Counted from the first letter of the stretch, positions 18,072 to 28,066 are shown. The stretch is 34,770 bases of DNA from an uncultured Bacilli bacterium (GCA_944363775.1 CALVVE010000003.1:1-34770); one strand, 5' to 3'. Numbers and translations: made by a program. The notes: a model not told the origin generated them from the sequence alone.

Positions 18072-20078
18072 TTATTCCTTTTCATCTGTTCCTGGCGTCC
18101 CAGGAATTACAGGTTCTTCTGGATCTGGGTCCGGTTCTGGTTTTGGTTCAGTTGGCTCTGTTGGTTTTTCATCTTTATCTTCCCCAGTATCTGGTTTTTG
18201 TGTATTGTTGTTTGAAGAATTGTTATTTGATGAGTTATTATCAGTTGATGGTTTTGAACTTGCAACTTTCTTAACAACTGTAATAGTCATACTGTTAATA
18301 TATTTAACATCCATTCCAGCTGGAGTAGATTGACTAACAACTTGACCATCAGTACCAACACTTTGTTCAACATATTTAACTGATACGTTAAATCCATGAG
18401 CATTTCCATAAGCAATAGCTTTTGATTTATCGTAACCAATAAATGATGGTAATATAGCTATACCAGATTCATTATATTCACCTTTACCAATTACTGTTTC
18501 TTCGTAAGGTGTATCAACATTGAAACTAAAGTTTTTAATAATAGTTGGTTCTTCTAATCCTAAATTTATTTTCATAGCTGTTGTAACATCTTTTAAACTT
18601 CCTTCATAAGCAACAAAGTTATAAAGATTCATTCTTGTTCCTTGACCATCTATTTGGCTATAGTCATAAATATATTGATCATAACCACTTATATATAATC
18701 TTTGCATTGTAAGTAAATCTTCAATTGGCATATCTTGTGATTTACTAGCAATATCTTTAGCAACATCGTATAAAGATAAAATTTCTGATGTTGACATATT
18801 TGTTTCCATATTATTACTTAATGTAGCAAGTAAATCTTGAATAGTATCAACACTTCTTATTTCTTTTACCTTATTCATTAATCCTTTAACAACTAATTGT
18901 TGATTTTGACCACGTACAAAGTCATTAACTGTTTTTCTATGACGTGATAGGGCAAGTGCTTGTTCACCATTTAAGTGTTGATATCCTGGACTTAAACAAA
19001 TTTGATTGTTCATGTTACGATCACTATCTTGTTCACAGAATTCAATAGGGACATCAACATCAATGCCACCTAAAGCATCAACTAATTTTACAACACCTTT
19101 AAAGTTTATTTTGGCATAATAATCAATATCAATTCCAGTCCAATTAGAAATTGTATTAATCATACATTCTTCACCATACCAAGCTGCATGTGTAATTTTG
19201 TTTTCGCGGTTGTTTTTAAAGCAAGCAATAGGTACATAAGTATCACGAGGAATACTTAAAATAGTAGTATTTAATGTATCTGGGTTAAATGTTAATAACA
19301 TTAAGGCATCACCATTAAATGAAGCACCTTTAATATTTTCAAGTTCTGAATCAACACCCATTAATAATACTGTAAATGGTTCTGTAATTTTACCACCAGT
19401 ACTACTATTTTTATTTTCAACTTTTTTATCTTTAGTATAAATAATTTTTGTTTCATCTGCTATATTTTCAAAACCTTCAAGATTTTTAAATAAAACTGTA
19501 TAATTAGTAGGTAAGAAAATATAATCAATTTCTTTTTCATATAAAGCAGTTAATAGTTCAATATAACTATCATATTCAACTTTTTTTACTTTTAAATTTT
19601 CCTCTTTTATTATTTCATTAGGAATTTGATATCCATCAACACTTTTTTCATCATTTAAAATTCCAATTTTAGAATTACCTAAATCTTTAATATCTTCAAC
19701 TTTATTATCTTTTAAAGTAACAATACTACTTGAATAACTAGTAGTTGAAGTTGTAAAGTTATTTAAACTTCCATAAGCTTTAATTATTTGATATCCTAAA
19801 TAATTCGTTCCACCTATATATAAAATACTTATAATAATAAGTGGAATATAGAATGTTTTTTTATTCTTATAAAGTGATTTAATTAAAAATAAGATTAATA
19901 AAATTAAAATAATTATAAATATTCCACTACCAATTAATCTTAAAGTATTTTCAATACCAGTTAATAAAGATATAGAATAGAGTAATACTCCAGTTCCTAT
20001 AATAAGTCCTAAAATTAATAAATTTATTACTAAAAACATTATTGTATTTTTCTTCATTAAGCTAAAATATTTTTTCAT
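18072..20078 (-). CDS. LCP (LytR-CpsA-Psr) family protein with 3 TM, accessory domain, PASTA-like domain and Pro/Glu-rich tail
   Basis: FTVLLMGVD, DALMLLT, SIPRDTYV, KITHA, KINFKGVVKLVDALGGIDV, LNGEQALALSRHR, DFVRGQNQQ; GQVVSQSTPAG (PASTA-like). Confidence 0.92.
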   Translation of the reverse strand: MKKYFSLMKKNTIMFLVINLLILGLIIGTGVLLYSISLLTGIENTLRLIGSGIFIIILILLILFLIKSLYKNKKTFYIPLIIISILYIGGTNYLGYQIIKAYGSLNNFTTSTTSYSSSIVTLKDNKVEDIKDLGNSKIGILNDEKSVDGYQIPNEIIKEENLKVKKVEYDSYIELLTALYEKEIDYIFLPTNYTVLFKNLEGFENIADETKIIYTKDKKVENKNSSTGGKITEPFTVLLMGVDSELENIKGASFNGDALMLLTFNPDTLNTTILSIPRDTYVPIACFKNNRENKITHAAWYGEECMINTISNWTGIDIDYYAKINFKGVVKLVDALGGIDVDVPIEFCEQDSDRNMNNQICLSPGYQHLNGEQALALSRHRKTVNDFVRGQNQQLVVKGLMNKVKEIRSVDTIQDLLATLSNNMETNMSTSEILSLYDVAKDIASKSQDMPIEDLLTMQRLYISGYDQYIYDYSQIDGQGTRMNLYNFVAYEGSLKDVTTAMKINLGLEEPTIIKNFSFNVDTPYEETVIGKGEYNESGIAILPSFIGYDKSKAIAYGNAHGFNVSVKYVEQSVGTDGQVVSQSTPAGMDVKYINSMTITVVKKVASSKPSTDNNSSNNNSSNNNTQKPDTGEDKDEKPTEPTEPKPEPDPDPEEPVIPGTPGTDEKE

Positions 20079-20278
20079 AAGTCCTCCTTATTTTTTAACT
20101 ATATAACATTATACCCCATTTTAAATTTTTTTTAAAGTAATATGTGATAAATTATAAAATTAATATGTCAAATTTTAAATAATTGTTATGATTGTAACAA
20201 ACATAAAAAGATATAGTAAAAAAATAGTTGATTTTTGTGTATAAATTTTAAAAAAAATAATATAATTTATTAAAAGTA

Positions 20279-20307
20279 TTGATAAATAAATTAATATTTG
20301 TTATAAT
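20279..20307 (+). promoter_or_regulatory. SigA promoter of tRNA-Cys
   Basis: TTGATA (20279-20284), 17 bp, TATAAT (20302-20307) with upstream TG. Confidence 0.75.
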
Positions 20308-20319
20308 TTAATTACTTAC

Positions 20320-20393
20320 GGGTCTATAGCCAAGTGGTAAGGCATGGGACTGCAACTCCCTGATCGTTGGTTCAAATCCGACTAGGCCCTCCA
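20320..20393 (+). tRNA. tRNA-Cys (GCA)
   Basis: Acceptor stem gggtcta/taggccc, D arm gccaagtggtaaggc, anticodon loop ctGCAac, T arm gttgg-ttcaaat-ccgac, encoded CCA. Confidence 0.96.
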
Positions 20394-20428
20394 TAAAGAA
20401 ATATCTCGAAATATTCGAGTTTAAATAT

Positions 20429-20457
20429 AACTAACTTAGAAATGAGTTAGTTTTTTG
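20429..20457 (+). terminator. Terminator after tRNA-Cys
   Basis: aactaactt-agaaat-gagttagtt followed by a T run. Confidence 0.65.
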
Positions 20458-20509
20458 TTATAAAAAATAGGTTAATTACAATTGTATAATCAACCTATAT
20501 TTTTTCTTA

Positions 20510-23119
20510 TTATCTAATTCTTCTACCAATTTCATCTATATTTTCAATATCTTCTTCTTGATTTTGTTTTAATATTTCATGATGTTTTAGGATCCTATCA
20601 ACTTCATATTCATCTAATCCATATTTTTCCATAATAATCTTTTTTCGTAATTCATTTTCTACTTCTTCTTGATTATTATTTTCTATAATAGGAGTAGGGG
20701 CTTTAGAAACTAATAAATCAAATTCTTTATCAACTTCTAATTTCATAGTTCGCCAAGTTTTTATATCTAATTTTCCATCATCATATAATTTATCAATTTT
20801 TTTACGAATCAAACTTTGTTCATTTCTTAATGTTAATTTATCTTTTAAGTTCATATTTTTATTAATATTTAAATTATTTTTAAAAACATCATTATTATTA
20901 AAATTTCCGGTTATTTTAATTGAAAATAATTTTTCAATTAATTCAATAATTTGTTTATGATTTTGTTTATCTTGTATATTAATATCGTTTGAAATATTTT
21001 TTATAGATTCATTAAGTTTTTCAATTTCATTATTTATTCTGCTTTTTTCTTGTAATAAACTAGATAATTTTTCTTGATATGATGAAATTAAATTATCTTT
21101 ATTATCTAATTTTAATTTTTCAATTTGTTTTGTAATTAATATTGATTTAGATTGTAATAATTTTAATTGTTCATTATATTTGGTATTATTGGAGTTTTCT
21201 TGTTTTTCGTTATTTATAATTAAACAACCATTTTCATTTATTGGTAAATTAATTGTTGAATTATTAACTTTTGTATTTTCTAACAGTGAAATCATGTTAT
21301 TATATAATCCTTTATTTTTATGATCATATAAGATTTCACTTTTCCCTTTAAAAGCTGATATAGGATGATTATTAAATAAACTTGCAACAAATATTTTTCC
21401 ATTTTTTGTTGAAATTATAAATTGCTCTTGTTTTTTAACAAATTCATAAAACATTTTATGTTGATCGTTTTTACTCATATTTAAATAATTTTGTTTTGCA
21501 TAATATTTTAAAGCAAATTCTTGAATTTGTTTTTCAGTTAACTCATCATCTATATCAAATTCATTACTTTGTTTATATTGATTAATAATATTGTTAATTT
21601 GTTCTAGTGATAATGTTGTCGAAAGATTTTTTGAATATTCATATAACATTTTATTTTCTAAAAAATTTTTATTATATTTTGAAAAAATTATTCCACTTTC
21701 TAAATTACCTAAAGATTTTGAGTTAATTGCTCCAATCTTTGAATCTAAAGATGTAACACCAATATATTCAAATAGATTTATATTTTTTATATTTTCTATT
21801 TTTGTAGGATTACCTAAAATTTCAATTTCATTATCATATATAGCAACATATATTGTTGAAGTTTTATTACTATTAATTATTGGTAAAGAAATTTTTTCAA
21901 TTCTTTTTAATCCATTTTTTACTGCAAATTGTGATATTGCTTTAATATCATCTTTTGTTGTATTAGAAAAATATTTTGCTATTTCTTTTTGTTTTTCTAG
22001 TTCTTTATTTTTCCATTTTTTAAAATCAATATTATTCATATCTAATTCAATTTTATTATTTCCAATTTCTAAAAGGTAAATACCAGTATTTGCATTCCAA
22101 GTAGCTGAATAACTTCCAATATAATTATATAATTTTCTATTTTTATCTATAGCAATTTTACGACCACCAATATTAAATTCATATATATCATTATTTTCAT
22201 ATGTGTTAAGATTTTCAATAATTTTTCTATATTCTTTTAATTTGTTTTTTAAATTATCTACTATTGGAGTATCTTTAAGACCTAAATTGGAAATTAAAAA
22301 ATCATCCATTTTATTAATAAAATTTCTTATGTATATATTATCTGGTGATGGTCTTTGCATTAAAATGTTTAATTTTGATGTATATTCATCAAATGATGAT
22401 ATAAGGTGTTGTTGAATTTTTGATTCAATTATATTTCTTTGTGCTTCAATATATAATTCATTGTTGATTGCCCCATATATATTAACAGGATTATTAGCCC
22501 ATTTCTTTTGATATCTTTCAACACTAGTAACAAAATTGTTCCAAGCACTAGCTCCATATCCTTTTGCATCTATTTCACCTTTTAAAAACAAACTATAATT
22601 ATTAACTTTATTACATAATAAATTAGCAAATTTCATCATTTGTACTTGTGGTTCATATGAATTACTATATGGATACATTTGTTTAGTTAACATTTCAGTT
22701 AATGCCTCATTAATAAATCCACCATTTCTTATTACAGCTTCAGATAAGTTATTATTAATTAATCCACGCATAACAAGAAAGTGAATGAATTCATGGCATA
22801 GTGTTGCATCTAAACTCCAATCATTTTTTTCAATACTTGAATTTATACATATTTTTTTTCCATCACTAGTATAATAACCGAATGTACCTTTTTGTATTTC
22901 ATCAACCATAAGAATACTTAAATTTTTAGAATTATCAGGATTTAATAAATATTCATTAAAAAAAGCTTGATAATCTCTTTGTTCAGTATATCCATTAGCA
23001 TTAAAGTATTCTTGAATGGTATTCATTACTCTTTTAAAACTTTCAATTAATCTAGGATCAATATTTATTTTTGACATATTTTCATCTGTTATTAAATTTA
23101 AAAAACTTTTATCTTTCAT
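20510..23119 (-). CDS. Large hypothetical protein with N-terminal zincin-like metallopeptidase motif and C-terminal coiled coil
   Basis: 869-aa ORF with SD AGAGGTGG; TLCHEFIHF and downstream INEALTE (gluzincin-type third ligand). No signal peptide seen. Confidence 0.8.
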   Translation of the reverse strand: MKDKSFLNLITDENMSKINIDPRLIESFKRVMNTIQEYFNANGYTEQRDYQAFFNEYLLNPDNSKNLSILMVDEIQKGTFGYYTSDGKKICINSSIEKNDWSLDATLCHEFIHFLVMRGLINNNLSEAVIRNGGFINEALTEMLTKQMYPYSNSYEPQVQMMKFANLLCNKVNNYSLFLKGEIDAKGYGASAWNNFVTSVERYQKKWANNPVNIYGAINNELYIEAQRNIIESKIQQHLISSFDEYTSKLNILMQRPSPDNIYIRNFINKMDDFLISNLGLKDTPIVDNLKNKLKEYRKIIENLNTYENNDIYEFNIGGRKIAIDKNRKLYNYIGSYSATWNANTGIYLLEIGNNKIELDMNNIDFKKWKNKELEKQKEIAKYFSNTTKDDIKAISQFAVKNGLKRIEKISLPIINSNKTSTIYVAIYDNEIEILGNPTKIENIKNINLFEYIGVTSLDSKIGAINSKSLGNLESGIIFSKYNKNFLENKMLYEYSKNLSTTLSLEQINNIINQYKQSNEFDIDDELTEKQIQEFALKYYAKQNYLNMSKNDQHKMFYEFVKKQEQFIISTKNGKIFVASLFNNHPISAFKGKSEILYDHKNKGLYNNMISLLENTKVNNSTINLPINENGCLIINNEKQENSNNTKYNEQLKLLQSKSILITKQIEKLKLDNKDNLISSYQEKLSSLLQEKSRINNEIEKLNESIKNISNDINIQDKQNHKQIIELIEKLFSIKITGNFNNNDVFKNNLNINKNMNLKDKLTLRNEQSLIRKKIDKLYDDGKLDIKTWRTMKLEVDKEFDLLVSKAPTPIIENNNQEEVENELRKKIIMEKYGLDEYEVDRILKHHEILKQNQEEDIENIDEIGRRIR

Positions 23120-23257
23120 ATTCCACCTCTTGTTTTAAATAATAAAGTTTATTTTCTAATATTATTATAGCATTGTTTTGTATTAAAAAAAATAAAAAAT
23201 TAAAATTTAAAAGAATATTTAAAACTTTATATAATTATTATATTGTAAATAGAAACA

Positions 23258-23284
23258 AAAAAGAGATTAAATTACTAATCTCTA
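23258..23284 (-). terminator. Terminator after the GNAT gene
   Basis: agagatta-aattac-taatctct with an A run on the left (U tract on the minus strand). Confidence 0.6.
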
Positions 23285-23367
23285 AACTGTAAATAACTTT
23301 AATAAAATATCATGTTTTTATTATGTTATTTTATTGAAACAATTATTATATATTTGTCTTTTAATAA

Positions 23368-24306
23368 CTAAATTTTTTTATACCAAAATCCTATGGAATC
23401 TTCTGTTTTGAATCCGGCACTATTATAAACTTTTTTACGCCAATCATAAGAGTTAATATAAGCGTTTTCTATTTTCATATCTTTTAGTCTATTAATAACA
23501 CCATATAACATTTGTTTGGCAAATCCTTTTTGACGATATTTTTTTCTTGTACTTACCGGTTCTATGAATGCAGTACTAGTTTCTCTATCGACATAACAAA
23601 AGCAATATGAACATATATCTCCATCATCAGTTATAATCATACTTTCAAAACTATCTTTAAAGAATTGAGAATTTTTTCTTCCTTGATAGGATAGAGAACC
23701 TTCTTTTGGAGTTGAGGTTAAATCTCCATTATCATCTTCAGGATGAAAGCCATAATGACATGCAGTATATTTTTTACCATCTTCAATGTTTTCACCATAT
23801 ACTTGTTTGAATCCTTTTGGTAATTCAATTACATAATTAGTTTCTAATGGATGTTGTACATTATCAAAATCTCCAGCAACATCTCTTTTATATCCTCTTT
23901 TTAATAATTCTTCTTGTTGATTTTTTAAACTATCATGAGAAACAACTAAAAAGTTTATTTTTCCATCTTTTTCTTTTTTAAATAATGGTCTTAATTCTTT
24001 TTCACCTAAATCTAACATGATATTAAAAATATCTTCATAACCTTTTTTTATGCAAGTATTAAATGAGTCTCCATCCGGAACAACTATTCCAATTATATTA
24101 TTTGAATCATCTTCAAATAAATATGTGTAGTCTGAATTTCTATGTTTTCCTCTTTCATCGTGATATAAAACATCAATTCTATATATTAAATCATCAAATC
24201 TTTGAGGTAACCAAGATAACATATTTTTGTTTTCTTTATAATTATTTCGTAAAAAATCAATTACTTTATTGTAATCTTCAATTTTATTAAATTTCTTTAT
24301 TTTCAT
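23368..24306 (-). CDS. GNAT family N-acetyltransferase
   Basis: AFIEPVSTRKKYRQKGFAK acetyl-CoA motif A and YNSAGF. ORF track 23368..24315; ATG at 24306 preferred. Confidence 0.88.
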   Translation of the reverse strand: MKIKKFNKIEDYNKVIDFLRNNYKENKNMLSWLPQRFDDLIYRIDVLYHDERGKHRNSDYTYLFEDDSNNIIGIVVPDGDSFNTCIKKGYEDIFNIMLDLGEKELRPLFKKEKDGKINFLVVSHDSLKNQQEELLKRGYKRDVAGDFDNVQHPLETNYVIELPKGFKQVYGENIEDGKKYTACHYGFHPEDDNGDLTSTPKEGSLSYQGRKNSQFFKDSFESMIITDDGDICSYCFCYVDRETSTAFIEPVSTRKKYRQKGFAKQMLYGVINRLKDMKIENAYINSYDWRKKVYNSAGFKTEDSIGFWYKKI

Positions 24307-24354
24307 AATAATCACTTCCTATACTAAATTTATAATAATTATTAATTTATTTGT

Positions 24355-25119
24355 TTATATTGTTTTGCTTTTATTTTCTAAATAATTTTTTATATAAACA
24401 AAACCATTATTCATTTTATCTTCGGTAGAAATATTTTCACTATATAGTTTTCTTAGCTTGTCCATGATTAAATTATTTCCATCATATAATTCATAAAAAC
24501 TATCATAACCACGTTCTATAAAAATATTTCCAAATATATTTGAAAAAGGTTTGTTATTTAATATTGGGTCAGTAACCATTTCACTATATTGCCAAGTTAT
24601 ATATGGTGAGTCATATTCTCTTCTTGATGTTTTAGGATGAATTTGTTTCCATTTGTGAAACCACATAAAATGTAGTGTTTCATGGGCTATTGTTTCAATT
24701 ACTTGGTTATTTTCTATGTTTATACCAAGAGAAAATGAAAAACTATCTAAATATCTTGGAAAAACTGGAATTAAACCAATTGTACATTCAATAGAATCAA
24801 TGTTAGGCCAATCAATATTAAAATAATCTGACAACATATTAAAATAAATATCATTATATTTTTTCCAAATATTATTATATCTCTTTATTTCATTCTTAAT
24901 TTTTTCATGATATTTATTATAATCATTTGTAACTACTTCTTCGATTTTATTATAAACATCTTCTTTAGATAAATCATTTTGTATTTTAGCAAGTTCTGGG
25001 AAATGTTCAATAGTATATTTATGAACATCTAAAGATTCATTATTATTATAATATGCCCATTTTATTAAACTAATATTTTCTTGCAGTGTCATTTTTCTAA
25101 ATTTAACTTTTGGTATCAT
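24355..25119 (-). CDS. Hypothetical protein with HEXXH metallopeptidase-like motif
   Basis: TIAHETLHF with downstream YSEMVT; has its own TGtTATAAT upstream. Confidence 0.75.
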   Translation of the reverse strand: MIPKVKFRKMTLQENISLIKWAYYNNNESLDVHKYTIEHFPELAKIQNDLSKEDVYNKIEEVVTNDYNKYHEKIKNEIKRYNNIWKKYNDIYFNMLSDYFNIDWPNIDSIECTIGLIPVFPRYLDSFSFSLGINIENNQVIETIAHETLHFMWFHKWKQIHPKTSRREYDSPYITWQYSEMVTDPILNNKPFSNIFGNIFIERGYDSFYELYDGNNLIMDKLRKLYSENISTEDKMNNGFVYIKNYLENKSKTI

Positions 25120-25167
25120 TTTATCAACTTCAATTACCTATATTATAACATTGAATATAAAATTTTT

Positions 25168-26196
25168 TTAATCTATTTTAAAATTCAAGTAAACATAATT
25201 ATCCATATTATACTTTAAGTTTTTATCTATACACTTCTTAGAAATTAAACAAATATTAGAAATTCTTTTATTGTTTACAAGTGGATCAATATAACGAATC
25301 TTAGCTTTTTGTTTTACATAATAAACATTCTTAGGTAATTCATTAGAAGAATGAATTCTTTTTGCTTTTCGCCAAATATTAAATATTTTAGAATATTTAG
25401 AATTTTCAATTATTTTTATAATATCTTTTTCTTTCAAGTCATATAAATCATTTTTAGTAATTATATTTTCTTCATTTAATTCTTTAATAATATCAGCAAT
25501 TAACTGCATAGAATATCTCGTTTTATCATCACGATACATAATAGAAAGTTTACTAGTAAGTTGTACAAATTTACGAGCTATCTTTTTTGTTTTAAAAGAA
25601 AGTTCTGGGGTATTATCTTCATTTATATTTATTGTAATATCATTGTAAAATTCTTTTATATCATTTAAATCTAAAAGATTATGTACAAGTAAAGCATTTG
25701 ATAAAGAGTATTCAAGTCGATCAGCAGCTAATCTTGGTATATCATTATCAGCAATAGGATAAATGTGATAATTATCTATTTCAGATAATAAAATATTATC
25801 TTCTTTTAATAAAGACATAATTTCTTTAGAATTCTTTAATATATCGTGTGTTAAATCTTCTGTTGATTCTTGAGTAATATAATCACCATTTAAAAAGTCA
25901 ATACAATGTTTAAATACAGGTGTTGCAATATCGTGAAATAAACCGGCTAAAGTTTGCTTTTTATCATGAGTAAAATGCCAAATTATTAAAGCAACTGCAA
26001 TCGAATGGTCAAGACTTGAATAAAAATAATTATTATCAAATAAATCAGAGTATATAGTACCACATGTTACACTTATATATTGTTGTTTTAATAATTCTTT
26101 GGTATTAATGTATTTAATTAACCAATTTGGAAAGCTTGGTTCTAATACTTCAAAATATTTTAAAGTTTTTTTATTAATTTTATTTAAATAATTCAT
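25168..26196 (-). CDS. HD-domain phosphohydrolase (dNTP triphosphohydrolase-like)
   Basis: SSLDHSIAVA, AGLFHDIATPVFKHCID, ADRLEY. ORF track ends at 26208; ATG 26196 after GAGGA preferred. Confidence 0.88.
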   Translation of the reverse strand: MNYLNKINKKTLKYFEVLEPSFPNWLIKYINTKELLKQQYISVTCGTIYSDLFDNNYFYSSLDHSIAVALIIWHFTHDKKQTLAGLFHDIATPVFKHCIDFLNGDYITQESTEDLTHDILKNSKEIMSLLKEDNILLSEIDNYHIYPIADNDIPRLAADRLEYSLSNALLVHNLLDLNDIKEFYNDITININEDNTPELSFKTKKIARKFVQLTSKLSIMYRDDKTRYSMQLIADIIKELNEENIITKNDLYDLKEKDIIKIIENSKYSKIFNIWRKAKRIHSSNELPKNVYYVKQKAKIRYIDPLVNNKRISNICLISKKCIDKNLKYNMDNYVYLNFKID

Positions 26197-26596
26197 AATC
26201 TTCCTCACTATATAATTTAATCCATCCTAATTCTAAATAATTCGTTATTTCATCATAACAAAATAATTCTTTACTAGGTTTTTGTAATAAATAAATTTCT
26301 ATATTTTTATTATTATTTAAGTTTTGTATCAAAGCATAATTTAGTTCTGAAAAACAGTTTGCTCCAATATAACCTTTAATATTGTTTTTATCCCCATTTG
26401 CTAAAAATAGTATATCAGTATTATCTATAGATTTATAAAAATTACTATATAAATTAGATAATTCTTTTAATAAATTTTTTTTATTAATTTGCTTTGGATA
26501 ATCAATTACTTCAAAATTTTTATTAGTAAAATAATCTTTCCAATAATTTATTGTTTTTTGCATAGAACTACTTCCTGAAATAACTATTTTCTTCAT
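26180..26596 (-). CDS. Nucleoside 2-deoxyribosyltransferase-like protein
   Basis: KIVISGS, SIDNTDILFLAN, GYIGANCFSELNYA pattern (D...G...E..YA) of the NDT-like fold. Confidence 0.65.
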   Translation of the reverse strand: MKKIVISGSSSMQKTINYWKDYFTNKNFEVIDYPKQINKKNLLKELSNLYSNFYKSIDNTDILFLANGDKNNIKGYIGANCFSELNYALIQNLNNNKNIEIYLLQKPSKELFCYDEITNYLELGWIKLYSEEDYELFK

Positions 26597-26734
26597 ATAA
26601 TCACCAAATTAATTATACTATAATTTATTTTTTATTAAAATATGTTTTCTTGTATAAATTACAAAAATAGTATATAATATTGATATTCTTGAGGAAAAAA
26701 ACTATTTATATATAATATTTAGGAAGGTGATATA

Positions 26735-27499
26735 ATGGGGTTAGTTATTACGTTTGGTTTAGGGATATTTATTTTAATAGGGGCTATGCTTGTCTTTATC
26801 TTTAAAAATAGTACTAAATTGATTGAATTTTCAATTGGTATTGCTTTTAGTATTATGTCATTATTATTAATATTTGAAATAGTACCAGAAGCATATGAAT
26901 TATTAGGAGATAGTGTTAATAAAGCTTTAACTTATGGAATTTTAGTAATGGGTGTTATTATTGGTTTTGTTGTTTTAAAGATACTTGATATTTTTATTCC
27001 AGATCATGAACATAAAGAACATGATGATCATGAAGATAAAGAAGTTAAAAATAATTTATATCACATTGGTATAGTTGCTAGTATTGCTATTATTTTACAC
27101 AATATTATTGAAGGTATGGCTTTATATGGAGCAGTTACTAGTTCGGTTATTACAGGTATTTTAATGTGTTTAGGAGTAGGACTTCATAATATTCCTTTAG
27201 GAATGACTATTACTTCAACTATGTATCACTCTAAAAAAGATTTAAAAAGAACAATTTTATTACTAATTCCTGTTGTACTTTCAACTTTCTTTGGTGGATT
27301 ATTAATGTTTATATTTAGTAAAGAATTATTAAATAATTTAGTGCTTGGGGTACTTCTTAGTTTAACTAGTGGAATGTTAGTATATATTATTACATTAGAG
27401 TTATTTCCACATATTAAAGAAGCTCACAATAAAAAAAGTGCTTATATGGGATTTTTACTTGGAATTATTTTCTTTTGTGTAAGTATGTTTATTGGTTAA
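26735..27499 (+). CDS. ZIP family metal transporter
   Basis: His-rich loop DHEHKEHDDH, LHNIIEG, LHNIPLG, about 8 TM segments. Confidence 0.93.
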   Translation: MGLVITFGLGIFILIGAMLVFIFKNSTKLIEFSIGIAFSIMSLLLIFEIVPEAYELLGDSVNKALTYGILVMGVIIGFVVLKILDIFIPDHEHKEHDDHEDKEVKNNLYHIGIVASIAIILHNIIEGMALYGAVTSSVITGILMCLGVGLHNIPLGMTITSTMYHSKKDLKRTILLLIPVVLSTFFGGLLMFIFSKELLNNLVLGVLLSLTSGMLVYIITLELFPHIKEAHNKKSAYMGFLLGIIFFCVSMFIG

Positions 27500-27574
27500 A
27501 AGTTTTAGCTAGTTATGTCGAAAGTAAGGATTTGTTATTAGAAAACTGATATATTTTAAGTAGAGGTGATTCTA

Positions 27575-27685
27575 ATGACTATCCAAGATCATATTGATAT
27601 AATTTTTAGTGATATGATTGAGAATGTTAGTTATTTAAAAGTAATTTCACATTTATGTGAAGATAATATTGAAAAAGTAAATTGA
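27575..27685 (+). CDS. Putative 36-aa small protein
   Basis: SD AGAGGTG then ATG; MTIQDHIDIIFSDMIENVSYLKVISHLCEDNIEKVN*. Below the ORF-track cutoff. Confidence 0.5.
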   Translation: MTIQDHIDIIFSDMIENVSYLKVISHLCEDNIEKVN

Positions 27686-27742
27686 CAAATTACTTTTTTT
27701 TTGAGAAAATATACATGTATTGGATAAAAAGGAGGCATTTGT

Positions 27743-28066
27743 ATGTATCAAGAAAGATTAATGTTATCACCAAAAGATATTTTGGAAAAAGAATTTAAAA
27801 TTGATACAAGAGGATATCGACCACAAGAAGTGGATAAATATTTAGATATCGTAATAAGAGATTACGAAGAAATGGGTGCAATTTTAAAGGAATTAGACAA
27901 TGATAAAAAAGAACTAATGGAAGAAAATATTTCTTTAAAGAAAGAACTTCGTGCTTTAAAAACTAAGTTAGAAGTATTAAGTGAAGCTAGTAGTAATGAT
28001 GGAACAAATGCTGACTTACTTAGAAGAGTATCTAATTTAGAGAAAATTATTTATGGTAAAGAATAA
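27743..28066 (+). CDS. gpsB: Cell division regulator GpsB
   Basis: LSPKDILEKEFK..RGYRPQEVDKYLD, C-terminal TNADLLRRVSNLEKIIYG; adjacent to rnpB as in Bacillus. Confidence 0.93.
   Translation: MYQERLMLSPKDILEKEFKIDTRGYRPQEVDKYLDIVIRDYEEMGAILKELDNDKKELMEENISLKKELRALKTKLEVLSEASSNDGTNADLLRRVSNLEKIIYGKE

Noticed and set aside
18035-18274. 79-aa plus-strand ORF
   Set aside because: Antisense to the low-complexity LCP tail.
21591-24290. Plus-strand ORFs 21591-22079, 22203-22415 and 24063-24290
   Set aside because: Antisense shadows of longer, motif-bearing minus-strand genes.
20370-27740. att-site duplication of the tRNA-Cys 3' end
   Set aside because: No second copy of the tRNA 3' sequence found by eye and no integrase present.
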